Of a stretch of DNA of 64,000 nt, positions 10,812 to 21,695 are shown in pieces. Each line of letters begins with the position of its first letter. Within the stretch, counting starts at the first letter, position 1. The stretch spans positions 1,024,001 to 1,088,000 of the forward strand of contig CM000434.1 of assembly GCA_000165345.1 (NCBI GenBank), read 5' to 3'. The position numbers were made by a program, and so were the translations under genes. Below the pieces are notes generated by a model. It did not search any database and was not told the origin of the DNA. It was given only the letters and a program-made list of their open reading frames with translations.

Positions 10812-11693
10812 TTATTATTGCTCTTAGCTTCCTTATCAAAGAAAAATTAGTAACATCCAGTACAAGTATTACAACTATCTCAGTTTCTTTGTTAGTTTTC
10901 CTCTACTCAAAGTCCAATACCTCTTGATATTAATTTCCAAATAAAATTCTCTTTTTTGAATTTAGCTATTTTCAAAAAAAGGATTACCAAATTGTATCAA
11001 TTAGCTCAACTTATTCATTAAAAAATACTGCAAATATAATTTAACTAATTAATGTAAGCATATTGACATTTTTTTGTCGTGCCGCCAAATTTCCATTTGT
11101 ATTTTATTATTTTAAATTATATACACTCGTTGCTGCTAAGCTATTGATTCTTTGACAATAAAAAAAAGTTAAATTTTACAAGCAGTTCTCTGCTTTTGAT
11201 CATACAATCAAGCTTATTCCGCCTTGATATTTCTTTATTATCATTTCTTCTCTTTTTCTTTTTGTTTAATTCACGATTTTTTTTTTCTCTTTTATTATCT
11301 TCATTTAAAATGCCAACATAAATATTTTTATAAAATTTCAAAAATCTGCATTTCCACATTAATACGTAATTATTTCTGCATGCAAACACCGGCACGCTGA
11401 CAATTATTTAATGAAAAATTTTGTTTGTTTGCATGTAATGCCGGTATATTAATTAGGAAAAAAAAAATGTGCGCCTAATTCGAAAATTATTTTCTGTAAT
11501 TTATTATTAATCAGGTTCGATTCCCACACTACCCATTTTTTTATTATTTTGAGTGGATGAGGGGCCACACAGTGAAATTTTGCCCTCTTTATTTTTTGCT
11601 TGTTTACATGTTAAATATTTGGGAGGGTAGGAGGCAAGAAAAAAAAACAATTAAAATAAAAATTGCCTCATTAATAACTTTAATGGAGTCAAT

Positions 11694-13184
11694 ATGAATC
11701 ATGTCACTGCTTTCTTGGAGCGAATGGATGACCTTTCAAGAAAGAATTACATAGAAAGAAATGGAAAGGGAAAATTATTCGATTTACTAAGGAAAACTGC
11801 TACCCAGATTTCTTTAAAAAATCAACTTTTTTATACAGAATATAAAACAGGGAAAACTTTAACTTTCTTTGAGGAACTTAATAGAAGCTTTCCCATTATC
11901 TGTTTGTTATTATTTGAAAGAAGAGTAAGGTCAAAATCAGACGGAATTGTAGTTAGATATAAAGAGTTTAGAAGATGTAGAGATCATTGCCCTGAAATTT
12001 TTAGTCAATTCTTAACCCCGTCTATGTATGCAAAGATGTTCAAAGATTGTTATGGGTTTATTTCTCCAACAAAGTTCATTAATACATGTCTAAAAATACT
12101 TTATACTTTCCAAATCAGATCAGAACTGGGATATATTAATCCCATGGAAGAAGTGATCACATACTACGATTTCTTATATTGGATAAAAAACTCTATTCGA
12201 GAGAATTCTGAGACAAAACTGGGCCTTGTAAGACAATTTTCTATAAATCATCCTAATTTTGAGAACTTTTATGCTAATTATGTAATAGAAAGAATAATTT
12301 TTTTTTCTGGTTCAAAGAATAGTATAATAAGAATTCAAGATCTAATTTCTTCCGATCAATTTGCAAGGTTCCTAGAATTAAGACTTGCTGATACTTCAGA
12401 ATCTGAAAATCCATTTAATCCTCAGCTAATTTTTCAAATATTTGAGTGGTTTGAGTACAGAACCAAATCAATTAATACAGAACAAAATGGTCAATTCACT
12501 AATGAAGATAGTGAAGACCAAAACCAGAATCTATCAGTTGGAAACTTTGAAGATAAGCTATTTTTACCAGAAATGCTTCAGCAATTACTTATGGACTTTG
12601 AATACATTATTCCAATCTTTGTAATTTATAGAATTTTTGAGGTTCATTCAGAAAATTGTAAGTCTATAACTGATTCTAATGGACAAACAAGAACTGCTAT
12701 AGGAATTAAGACAGTTTTTAAAGTATTGTTTTCATTAGAATTCAGAGAATCACCGCAATCAATCAATTGGTTTTGGAATATTTTAGATCTAAATGAGACA
12801 GGATATATTGACCAATCAGTAATTAGCTGTTTCTGGAAGAGTATGGTTGCAAGTATCGAACAAATCTATTCAATTGAATCTCTACCTCTTTTTGAACATA
12901 TAAGTGATGAGATTTTTGATATGATTTGTCCTGGAGAATTGAATGGTAAAATTTACAAGAAGGCTTTTAAAGATTCTCCTATGGCTTCAACAGTAATTTC
13001 CTATCTTTGTGACCCAAAAGCTTTCATTGCAATTGAAATGAGAGAGGAAATTATCGCTCAGAATGCTTCAAGAAATTTAGAAGACAACCAAACCAGTCTT
13101 GATCTCGAAAAACCTTCATATAACGACTCTGAGTCAAATTCAGATACAATAGATTGCTCTCAAGAATCTATCAGTGTTACTTAG
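11694..13184 (+). CDS. Protein phosphatase 2A regulatory subunit B'' (PR72/PR70-like, EF-hand family); tentative
   Basis: The C-terminal half aligns by eye with the PR70 EF-hand region. FWNILDLNETGYIDQSVISCFW.. matches WFRCMDLDGDGALSMFELEYFY. IESLPLF...IFDMICP...GKIYKKAFK matches IEALPFQ...MLDLVKP...GKITLQDLK. Has an EF-hand-like loop DLNETGYID. Start is a true ATG. Confidence 0.5.
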   Translation: MNHVTAFLERMDDLSRKNYIERNGKGKLFDLLRKTATQISLKNQLFYTEYKTGKTLTFFEELNRSFPIICLLLFERRVRSKSDGIVVRYKEFRRCRDHCPEIFSQFLTPSMYAKMFKDCYGFISPTKFINTCLKILYTFQIRSELGYINPMEEVITYYDFLYWIKNSIRENSETKLGLVRQFSINHPNFENFYANYVIERIIFFSGSKNSIIRIQDLISSDQFARFLELRLADTSESENPFNPQLIFQIFEWFEYRTKSINTEQNGQFTNEDSEDQNQNLSVGNFEDKLFLPEMLQQLLMDFEYIIPIFVIYRIFEVHSENCKSITDSNGQTRTAIGIKTVFKVLFSLEFRESPQSINWFWNILDLNETGYIDQSVISCFWKSMVASIEQIYSIESLPLFEHISDEIFDMICPGELNGKIYKKAFKDSPMASTVISYLCDPKAFIAIEMREEIIAQNASRNLEDNQTSLDLEKPSYNDSESNSDTIDCSQESISVT

Positions 13185-13386
13185 ATTTTTTTTTTTTTTT
13201 ACTTTATAATTAGCATAGAATTATTCATTAAACCGTTAATACTTGACTCTTTTTTTAGTGCTAAAATAAAAATGAATCAGATCATTTAAAAAAAAACATT
13301 TTAAATACTCATTTATCAATATACAAATACAAAAAAAAAACTTCAAATAATATTTATTTGATGCATATGAAAATCCTACTTAAACC

Positions 13387-15120
13387 TTACCTAAATGTAG
13401 AGGGAGCAAAATTTGGGTACTGGGGATTTTGTCTTGGGTCAGAGGAATAGTTATTAAACTGTCTTGCAGTAGAAATTTGTTGTGCTTGACCCATTTTATG
13501 AGGTAAATTATTAACTTGAGAAAAATTTGCAATCCTAACATTAACGCTGGGTTGAGGATTACTCGGTCTAAAATTGGTTTCGTAATTGCTAATTCGAATT
13601 GCATTAAATGTGTTAGTACTAACATTTGGATTTGATGAACAAGTTTGGTGATATATATTAGGTATTTCAACTCTTTGATTATTGTTAGAATTGTTCGGAA
13701 AGATTACCTGAGACTTAGGAGGAGCAAGTCTATATGTGATTGTATTGGTAGTATGTGGCTCATTATTTATGGGTATAGAGGTATTATATATAGTAGATTC
13801 AATATCTTGGGTCTTTTTTGGGGTTGCTGCTCTTACTCCGTTTGATTCTGTTTGTACTCTTTCATTATTTGTAGTAGTATTTGTTGCCTTATTGCTTGTA
13901 TGTTCATTAGATTCTTCAGTATCTGCTGATTGCTCCATCTCCTTATACCATTGTGTAATTAATGGATAAGACATAACAGCTTGAAAAAGATCATGTAATT
14001 TTGGGAATTCTTCGAGTAGTTTTTCTGTAGAAACATCATTCTCATTTAGGAATTTGGAATTTTCTTTGATTAGAATAGAATCATCATAAATAATACTGAA
14101 TAAGAAAAGCTCAGAATAGCTTGGGCAATTACACAATTGTCTTGGGACTTCTTTACCTTCTGCTGTAGTAGAATCCAAAGCAATAGCTTCGCCTTTTAAT
14201 GGAATAAATGGATTTGCAGAAAAATTGGACAAAATAGCTTCAACAGATTTAAAGAATTTTCTTCTAGATTTCAGATAATTCTTATAGTAATTATCATCAG
14301 AAACTGCAGCTCCAGAGGTCTTTTTTGTATCTTCAATAATTTTGTTAATATTTCTACTGAAGTTTGTCATTCTAGAACTGTTCAAATCTGTTTCAGTAGC
14401 TTCTTCTTTTGTATCTTGGAACATTTTACTTTCGGAAATTTTCTCAAGTATTGCAAGAAGCAGCTCATTTCTCCACTCAGAAAGGGTTTCAGAAAATATA
14501 TCCAAAGCATAGTCCCTATATGCATCAATTCCATACTCACCTATCTTTTTGGCAATATATCTCAAAGTAGGAACAGTACCAAATAAATGAAACTTATTGT
14601 TATGTATGATCAATGGATAAGAAAATCCAGAATCTTGATCAACTGAGGAAGAATAAACACCAATATTAATGTTCTCATCATTCAATGAAATATTAACAAA
14701 TGAGTGCTTAATTTGCTTGCAAAGCATAAAGAATCGGATTGCCCCACCAAGTCCTACATATTTTCCTAGATCATAATAATGAGCAACAACACTTCCAATA
14801 TCAGTGATAGAAACAATTTGCTTCATTCCAGAAATTGAAGTATATGCTGCAGTTGTAAAGTTTGGAATACTTGGAGAAAATTGGGAATAATCCATTGGGT
14901 TTACAAAATTATTTCCTCTTTGATAAATATCCTTTGGAGAAACCCCATGCAAATTCTGATATGAAACAAATCTATTTCCATTACCTTGTACACCCCAATA
15001 GTGAGGGTCATTGCCTTGATTAGGTATGTTTGCTTCTCCTGTCATATTTTCCCTCTGATTTCTTCCCATATTCAACAAGTTTGCCAGCCCTGAAGTCCAG
15101 GAATTTATTGTATTATTCAT
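13387..15120 (-). CDS. Hypothetical protein with a possible GST-like fold (thioredoxin-like N-domain plus helical C-domain), followed by an N/T/S/P-rich tail
   Basis: The PLIIHNNKFHLFGTVPTLRYIAKKIG motif resembles the GST N-domain motif (P.L..dg..l.eS.aI.rYla.k). The later YPLITQWYKEMEQS matches the GST C-terminal P-x-[LIV]-x-x-W motif. The last roughly 170 aa are low-complexity (N, T, P, Q). Confidence 0.45.
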   Translation of the reverse strand: MNNTINSWTSGLANLLNMGRNQRENMTGEANIPNQGNDPHYWGVQGNGNRFVSYQNLHGVSPKDIYQRGNNFVNPMDYSQFSPSIPNFTTAAYTSISGMKQIVSITDIGSVVAHYYDLGKYVGLGGAIRFFMLCKQIKHSFVNISLNDENINIGVYSSSVDQDSGFSYPLIIHNNKFHLFGTVPTLRYIAKKIGEYGIDAYRDYALDIFSETLSEWRNELLLAILEKISESKMFQDTKEEATETDLNSSRMTNFSRNINKIIEDTKKTSGAAVSDDNYYKNYLKSRRKFFKSVEAILSNFSANPFIPLKGEAIALDSTTAEGKEVPRQLCNCPSYSELFLFSIIYDDSILIKENSKFLNENDVSTEKLLEEFPKLHDLFQAVMSYPLITQWYKEMEQSADTEESNEHTSNKATNTTTNNERVQTESNGVRAATPKKTQDIESTIYNTSIPINNEPHTTNTITYRLAPPKSQVIFPNNSNNNQRVEIPNIYHQTCSSNPNVSTNTFNAIRISNYETNFRPSNPQPSVNVRIANFSQVNNLPHKMGQAQQISTARQFNNYSSDPRQNPQYPNFAPSTFR

Positions 15121-15550
15121 TTTCCCACTTGTAATTATTTTTAAAGATACTGAGCAATGCTTTATAGTTTTTAAAAGTCAAGAAAATCCACAGTCCATCC
15201 ATGTACATGGGTATTGCATCCCCAATGATAATTACTTTAAGTTTAATTTTTGTTTGAGCGCGCTTAGTGTGGATTATAATGTTGAGATCTTTAATTAATC
15301 AATTCAGAAAATTATATATTATTTGTGATTGCACCCCTCCTTGTTCAAATAAAAACTTTCATACAATATTTCAATTATTTACATAAAACTCTTATCTTTC
15401 TTTAATTTCCGTTTTAATATAACCCTTTTTTTTGCTTGTATTATTTTTTTTCTTCTAATTTAATTTAATGTTATAAATATTAATTTAAAAAATCATGTGG
15501 ACATTGCATGAATTTTTCTTTTCAACATGCAATAATTCTTATTGCTAATC

Positions 15551-15632
15551 GCCGGTATAGAAAAAATTCACTTACTCACATTTACACGTATGCAACTGGC
15601 ATGCATGCAATTACAATGCAAGCTCATGTGGA
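15551..15632. promoter_or_regulatory. GCATGCA / CCGGTA motif cluster in the divergent intergenic region upstream of ProRS
   Basis: cgCCGGTAtag ... tatgcaactgGCATGCATGCAattacaaTGCAaGCtcatgtgg, between the divergent starts 15120 (minus) and 15972 (plus). Confidence 0.45.
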
Positions 15633-15971
15633 CAAATAAATTATTAAAAAAAACAATGTACAAGGTTCTAAAAAAATCTTAAATTCAATATAATTTTAAC
15701 TGCTTTATTTATTTTCTATAATTTTTAATTAAACAAGAAAAAACAATTTTTAAGTTTTTTTCAAATATATTTGCAAAGTATCACCTCAAATAATTTGAGA
15801 AAAAAAAATGCGGGAAAGCTGCTTTATATGGGAATTGTCCCAATTTTATTAGTCAAATTGAAATGAAACCCGTAATAATTATTTAAAAAAAAAAAGCCAT
15901 CAAAAAATAAATTTATTAAAAGTACCAAAAGAAATAATAAACAACTAAAAGTTATAGAATTTAAGATAAAG

Positions 15972-18038
15972 ATGTCAGTGGATGAAAAACTATACTCCGA
16001 GGTATTAGATCAATTGAGCAAGCTCTCTATAAACTATTCTAAGTTTGATCATGATGCTACCCCAAATATGGAATCTATGGTGGAAGTGCTTAAAGAGCAG
16101 GCAGAAAAACACAATACTGACTTTGCAAAAAATCTATTAATAAAATCAAAAGGTAACGAAGGCTTATTTTTTGTTTTGGCACACCACGAAACCGATACGA
16201 AAATGAAGAACCTTGGGCAGATCTTTGGTGTGAGTGGAAACAAGCTTAGATTAGCTGATGAAGATGTTTTAAATGATACTCTTAAGGTAAAAAGGGGATG
16301 CTTAACTCCTTTATCTTTAATATTTGAGAAATCTGGAGGAATTCAAGTTTACTTTGATGAATGTCTTAAAGACAAGAAAGTATTTGTACATCCACTAACC
16401 AATACTGAAAGCTTTTCAATCCATATTAATGACATTGTAAAATTTGCTGAATCATGTGGAAAGAAAGTTAAATGGTTTTCTATGGATAATTTAGAGGAAC
16501 AGAAACCTGCAGGAAAGCCTGAAGAATCTAAGGAAAACGAAAGTTTGCTTGGAATTACAGCAGACAAAATAACTTCTTTTGCAGACTGGTATTCCCAAGT
16601 TATAGTAAAGTCTGAAATGATTGAATACTATGATATCTCTGGGTGTTACATATTACGCCCATGGAGTTACTTTATTTGGGAAACAATTCAAAGCGTTTTC
16701 GATCAGAAAATCAAACAACATGATGTACAAAATGCCTATTTCCCCATTTTTGTAACCCAAAAAAAGTTAGAAACTGAAAAAGATCACGTTGAAGGATTCT
16801 CTCCTGAAGTTGCATGGGTAACTAAATCAGGAAAATCAGATTTAGCCGAGCCAATAGCTATCCGTCCAACATCTGAAACAATCATGTATCCATATTTTGC
16901 CAAATGGATTAGATCCCATAGGGATTTGCCACTTAAGATTAATCAATGGACTTCCATTGTAAGATGGGAATTTAAGCATCCAACTCCATTCATCAGAACA
17001 CGTGAATTTTTATGGCAAGAAGGACATACAGCCCATTCTACTAGAAAAGAGGCTTTAGAAATGGTTGACATCATTTTAAATGAATATGCATCTATTTATG
17101 AAGATTTATTGGCAACTCCTGTAGTTAAAGGTACCAAATCTGAGAATGAAAAATTCCCTGGGGGTGATATAACTAAATCAATTGAAGGATTCATTCCAGA
17201 AATTGGTCGCGCTGTTCAGGCTGCAACTTCTCATTTACTTGGACAAAACTTTAGCAAAATGTTTGGTGTTGAATTTGAAGATGAAAAAGGAAACAAAGAA
17301 TATGCACATCAAACTTCTTGGGGCTTAACTACAAGAGCTATTGGTGTTATGATTATGACACATGGAGATAATAAAGGTTTAGTATTGCCACCTAAGGTTG
17401 CACCTGTACAAGTTATTATTATTCCCATCATTTTTAAAACCGTTATCACTGAGGAACAGAAGAAAATCTGCAATGAAGTGGAGTGTATTTTGAAGAAGGC
17501 TGGGGTTAGAGTAAAGATCGATGATAGATCTAACTATACTCCTGGCTGGAAATATAACCATTGGGAAGTTAAAGGTGTATGCTTGAGATTTGAAGTTGGA
17601 CCGCGTGATATCGAAAAGAGAAGTGTTCGTGTTGTTGTTAGAGATAATATGGAGAAAATGGATATTCCAATTTCCGAATTGGAATCAAAGATACCAAAGT
17701 TGTTGGAAGAATTCCAAAATAGACTGTTATTTAAGGCCAAACAACGACAAAATGAATCTATCATAAGAGTTGATACATTTGACAAAGTTATGGATACACT
17801 GAACCAAAAGAAGATGGTTATAGCTCCTTGGTGTGAGGATGTATCATGCGAGGAAGAAATTAAAAAGGAAACTGCAAGACTTAGTTTGGATAATGAAGAC
17901 AATCAGTCCATGACCGGTGCAATGAAATCCTTGTGTATACCTAATGATCAAATATTTAAAATAGAAGAAGGAAAAACAAAGTGTTTCTTCTGTGATAAAC
18001 TCGCAAAGAAATTTACACTATTTGGAAGAAGTTACTAA
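15972..18038 (+). CDS. Prolyl-tRNA synthetase (class IIa, eukaryotic/archaeal type) with an N-terminal YbaK/ProX-like deacylase domain
   Basis: The core motifs collinear with eukaryotic ProRS are IRPTSETIMYPYFAKWIRSHRDLPLKINQWTSIVRWEFKHPTPFIRTREFLWQEGHTAH, YAHQTSWGLTTRAIGVMIMTHGDNKGLVLPP, and a C-terminal Zn-binding C-x2-C...C-x2-C (CEDVSCEEE...KCFFCDK). An N-terminal extension of about 170 aa resembles the YbaK-type domain found on apicomplexan ProRS. Confidence 0.93.
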   Translation: MSVDEKLYSEVLDQLSKLSINYSKFDHDATPNMESMVEVLKEQAEKHNTDFAKNLLIKSKGNEGLFFVLAHHETDTKMKNLGQIFGVSGNKLRLADEDVLNDTLKVKRGCLTPLSLIFEKSGGIQVYFDECLKDKKVFVHPLTNTESFSIHINDIVKFAESCGKKVKWFSMDNLEEQKPAGKPEESKENESLLGITADKITSFADWYSQVIVKSEMIEYYDISGCYILRPWSYFIWETIQSVFDQKIKQHDVQNAYFPIFVTQKKLETEKDHVEGFSPEVAWVTKSGKSDLAEPIAIRPTSETIMYPYFAKWIRSHRDLPLKINQWTSIVRWEFKHPTPFIRTREFLWQEGHTAHSTRKEALEMVDIILNEYASIYEDLLATPVVKGTKSENEKFPGGDITKSIEGFIPEIGRAVQAATSHLLGQNFSKMFGVEFEDEKGNKEYAHQTSWGLTTRAIGVMIMTHGDNKGLVLPPKVAPVQVIIIPIIFKTVITEEQKKICNEVECILKKAGVRVKIDDRSNYTPGWKYNHWEVKGVCLRFEVGPRDIEKRSVRVVVRDNMEKMDIPISELESKIPKLLEEFQNRLLFKAKQRQNESIIRVDTFDKVMDTLNQKKMVIAPWCEDVSCEEEIKKETARLSLDNEDNQSMTGAMKSLCIPNDQIFKIEEGKTKCFFCDKLAKKFTLFGRSY

Positions 18039-18207
18039 TACTTTGGACTTTATGGCTTTTAAAATTGTATTAAAAAGTTAAGGAATTAAAAAAAGCAAAA
18101 ACCATATCAAGCATTACATTTATTAATCATTTTTTTTTCCTTTTCAAATATACAATTTTACTATAACTACCAAAGTGCTAAAGTTTAGCTTAAGAGATAA
18201 AGATATT

Positions 18208-21200
18208 CTACCAATTAAGATCAAGCCTTTTGATTTGCTCCCCAATAGAATTCACATCCTTTCTAACTTTGGTTCTTCTATAAAATATAGGGCAATCTCT
18301 TGAAGTACAAATAATATCTTGGAAAGCACTTCCTTGGCACCTTTGGCACTGAGTCCAGAGTGAATTATATTCAATTTCTTTTTCTCTGAATTCATGAAGT
18401 TTATTAATAAGTACCGAACATTCCATATTTTCTTGTTTGGAACAATCTTTACAAAGTGGACCTTCCTTTATAATTGTTTTACAATTCATACACTGAAGAC
18501 CCTTCTTTACAAATCCTGCTAGAGCGCCTCCTGTAACACTCAAAACAGTTACAGATCTTGTATGGCTTCCTGAAAAGAGTTTTTCAGGATCCTTCATGAC
18601 TCCTTCAAAAACTCGAATTACTGAAGATTTTAGTGTATCTACATAATGTTGTGTATCAATTGCGAGATTATTTTCGAGTACATATAATGGATCTTCAGCG
18701 CGATCATATTGAGGCTGACCTTTAGCACCTTTAATTACTACATAAGAGACTCTGTCTCCAATATTTGGTGCAGATCCTGGGTCTCTTAATTTAAGCCTTT
18801 TTGCTAACTCAACATGAGCGAGTTTTGCAGTATAATCATCTTTTCCAAGACTCTTACTAACTACCAACAAAGACAAGTCTATTTTATTCTTTAGTAAGTC
18901 TGAAATTACATTTCTGGTATATTGTTTGGCTGCTTCAACATCTTTATCAACTAGAATCTTCTTTAAGACAGTATCAACCACTTTTTGTACAAGAAGACAG
19001 TTATCTCTTCTAACAGTCTCAATTCCCTTACAATCAATTCTCTCATGGAATTGTGGATTCTTAAAAAGTACTCCAGCATATCTTTTTTTATTCATCAATA
19101 AGAATGGACAATATACTTTTTCAAATTCTAATTTAATTGGTTTTACAAAGAGCTTACTTATTGAAGTTGCAGCTTCCAAACCAAGTTTCATTGCTTCTCC
19201 AATATCTGATACTCCAAACTGAATCATTACAGAATCTGTGTCACCATAAACAACTTTGGCATCAGCAGAATAACCATTTTCTTTTCTATATATCTTTTCA
19301 ACCTCATTTTTGGTAATATCAATCATTGCTCTACCATATGAAGTAATACTTGTTGAAAGTTCCAAGCATGGAAGTTGGCCTCCAGCCACTGCACCAGTAT
19401 ATCCATAAACACTATTTGCTGAAGTCTTTAAAGCAAGTTGTCTACCATTTAAAATAGAGATTAATGTTGGATCAGTTGCTTCCTCCATTTCTTTTTTGGC
19501 TTTCTTTCTTGCAGCTATAAGCTCTTCAACAATTAATGGAAGTATACCCTTTCTGACTGAAGATAATACAAAAGAATGACCAGTTGGAGAAGTCTTTCTT
19601 AAATCTTCTGGTACATTTTTAAGATTAAGTGGAGGAATTAGTGTAGAATAGCAAATATTGTGAGCAATCATAATTGAGGGATACAAAGAAGCAAAATCTA
19701 AAGTAGAAATTGGGTCCTTATAAAATCCTTTTAAAGGTTCTAATACAGTTGCTCCTTCATATTGGTTATCCCCATCAGATTGATTCTTTACTGTTGGCAT
19801 CAAGAAGTTGGTAGACTTACATTTCCTCAAGATTTGGCTTGTAACTTTAATTTGTTGGCCTCTACTTAGCAAAATATCTATTGTGGTACCCGTTACTCTT
19901 GCCATTTCTATAATATTTGGGAATAATTTCAAATGTTTCATAAGCCTTAATGGAAGTATTGAATCTTTGAGACAATATATTGCAATTCTCTTTCTTGTTT
20001 CAGGATTTCCATCTTGTAAGCCTCTAATCATTGAATAATGAACATCTTCTTTTTGTTCTTTTAGAAAGTTTGTGGAAACGTAGTTCAAAGAATAGCTTTT
20101 TAATTTGTGCTCTCTACGAATAGTCTCCAAAATATCCCATAGAATCCTTCCTTCAATATTAATCAATTTACTCTCATGAGTTCCAAATGCTCTGGATGAA
20201 AATCTGGTATCTTTACTTGTAATTTTTGTTTTAGCTAGCCTTGTAAAGAAGAAAAAATCATTCAATTGGAATAATTTAGCTCTTTCTAATAGGTAATTCA
20301 TATCAAAATTGATGCAATTATAACCTGTAATGACATCTGGATCTAATGCCAATAAAAAATCCTTCCATGCTAATAACATATCTTTTTCAGACTCAAACCA
20401 AAATACAAAAGCTTCAGCTACTGATGCACATTCTTTGAGAGTAAATATTACATTACAAATGGATTCAGGGCTATCTAGAAGTGTTACTACTGAAGATATT
20501 TGGATAACAGAATCTTTATGTGGCTCTGGAAATCCTACTCCAGACTCTGTAATGCATTCAATATCAAAAGAAAGTATTCTTATTGGTGGTAAAGTTGCCC
20601 ATTTCCCTGAGCTTCCAAGCACTATCAAATCGTCATAGAAAAGATCCATTTCTATTTGGCATGAACTAATTCTTTGAAATGGGCTTATCCTTACAAAACC
20701 TGCATCTTTAAAATCAAATTCTTGTCCTCCAAGTCTAATATACGATTTTTGCTTCGGTATCGATACCCATGATCCGGTACTTAAATCTCTATCAATTAAA
20801 TATCTTAGAATAAAAGGTATATTTGCTTCGTAAGCTTGAGGAATACAATCTAAATTCCCATTTTCTATCATAGATCTACAGGTGGGAACTAAGTTTGGTA
20901 GTTGTAGAGTGATTTTGTAGAACTGGGAATCTTCTATTTCTGAATCGCCTTTGTAATGCATTATTGATTCTTTTTTTAAAACTTGTACATTAAGGACATT
21001 TTTTCCTTCTGTTGCTCCTAATCCACTTTCAATTTGAGTTTTAATCTTTTCTGGATTAGGAGGTGTGCTTTTAGGTACTTCACAGTAGAGATAAGGAAAG
21101 AAACAGTGAATATTTATTAAAACTGTTATTCCGGTGCTGGTTGACCCAAATAGTTGTATTATTGGTGTTTCAATGTTGTCTTGGTTAGTCTTATTAGAAA

Positions 21201-21462
21201 ATACATTGTAAGAGCTTGAATTATACTTTTCATAAAACTCAGGTGATGGATTTTGGGAAGGAAATTTCCCAGTTGAAAACTTGGCATCCAATATGCAAAA
21301 GTCTAAATTATCATCTTTTGAAATATTCCCACATTGTGGATCAAGACTAACTTTGTTTCTTCTCCATCTATCCAGACAATTCTCAAAAAGCTTCCGAGAA
21401 GCTTCTGCATTCTCTTGGGTGAATCCTATGGTAGAAATTATTTCTTCCCCCTTTTCCATCAT
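18208..21462 (-). CDS. POLD1: DNA polymerase delta catalytic subunit (family B)
   Basis: Exo I ILSFDIEC, Exo II GYNCINFDMNYL, Exo III YCLKDSIL. Pol motif A DFASLYPSIMIAHN, motif B KTSANSVYGYTG, motif C YGDTDSVMI. C-terminal CysA/CysB metal-binding modules (CMNCKTIIKEGPLCKDC ... CQRCQGS...CTSRDCPIFY). Confidence 0.95.
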   Translation of the reverse strand: MMEKGEEIISTIGFTQENAEASRKLFENCLDRWRRNKVSLDPQCGNISKDDNLDFCILDAKFSTGKFPSQNPSPEFYEKYNSSSYNVFSNKTNQDNIETPIIQLFGSTSTGITVLINIHCFFPYLYCEVPKSTPPNPEKIKTQIESGLGATEGKNVLNVQVLKKESIMHYKGDSEIEDSQFYKITLQLPNLVPTCRSMIENGNLDCIPQAYEANIPFILRYLIDRDLSTGSWVSIPKQKSYIRLGGQEFDFKDAGFVRISPFQRISSCQIEMDLFYDDLIVLGSSGKWATLPPIRILSFDIECITESGVGFPEPHKDSVIQISSVVTLLDSPESICNVIFTLKECASVAEAFVFWFESEKDMLLAWKDFLLALDPDVITGYNCINFDMNYLLERAKLFQLNDFFFFTRLAKTKITSKDTRFSSRAFGTHESKLINIEGRILWDILETIRREHKLKSYSLNYVSTNFLKEQKEDVHYSMIRGLQDGNPETRKRIAIYCLKDSILPLRLMKHLKLFPNIIEMARVTGTTIDILLSRGQQIKVTSQILRKCKSTNFLMPTVKNQSDGDNQYEGATVLEPLKGFYKDPISTLDFASLYPSIMIAHNICYSTLIPPLNLKNVPEDLRKTSPTGHSFVLSSVRKGILPLIVEELIAARKKAKKEMEEATDPTLISILNGRQLALKTSANSVYGYTGAVAGGQLPCLELSTSITSYGRAMIDITKNEVEKIYRKENGYSADAKVVYGDTDSVMIQFGVSDIGEAMKLGLEAATSISKLFVKPIKLEFEKVYCPFLLMNKKRYAGVLFKNPQFHERIDCKGIETVRRDNCLLVQKVVDTVLKKILVDKDVEAAKQYTRNVISDLLKNKIDLSLLVVSKSLGKDDYTAKLAHVELAKRLKLRDPGSAPNIGDRVSYVVIKGAKGQPQYDRAEDPLYVLENNLAIDTQHYVDTLKSSVIRVFEGVMKDPEKLFSGSHTRSVTVLSVTGGALAGFVKKGLQCMNCKTIIKEGPLCKDCSKQENMECSVLINKLHEFREKEIEYNSLWTQCQRCQGSAFQDIICTSRDCPIFYRRTKVRKDVNSIGEQIKRLDLNW

Positions 21463-21695
21463 CTTTGTTTCTTAATACCCCCTGTTTTCTTTTTTTATTT
21501 TGACAAGAGAAAACTCCTTTAGTTTAAGGCAAGCAAAAGGCGCCACCTCCCCACACTATGTTAATTCTTATTGAAATGAATTATTTAAAATATAGTCAAT
21601 TTTATGTTTTTAGGTATTTTTGCATCAAGAAAAAAGGGACAAGAGTATTATTTCTTTTTTCCTTTAATATTGTGAGAAATAATATAACCCAATAA
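21463..21695. promoter_or_regulatory. 234-bp bidirectional promoter shared by DNA polymerase delta (minus) and the RecQ helicase (plus), with an E2F-like GGCGCC element
   Basis: Divergent ATGs at 21462 and 21696. The motif aaaaGGCGCCacc at 21539..21544 is an E2F-type (TTTSSCGC-like) site. Confidence 0.55.

Noticed and set aside
10795-10815. Apparent one-base disagreement between my hand count of the printed sequence and the track boundary of ORF 9141..10811
   Set aside because: Most likely my own miscount of the printed text. The track coordinates were kept, and it has no biological meaning.
11141-11395. 84-aa minus-strand ORF (K/R/N-rich) in the divergent intergenic region between the RBM25-like and PP2A-B''-like genes
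   Set aside because: Reads as translated A-rich non-coding sequence. It overlaps the GCATGCA/CCGG promoter motifs at 11385..11440.
11505-11545. tRNA-like T-loop string caGGTTCGATTCCcac followed by a T7 run
   Set aside because: No complementary T-stem, D-arm or acceptor stem can be drawn in the flanking AT-rich sequence. It looks like a chance match to the GGTTCGAATCC box.
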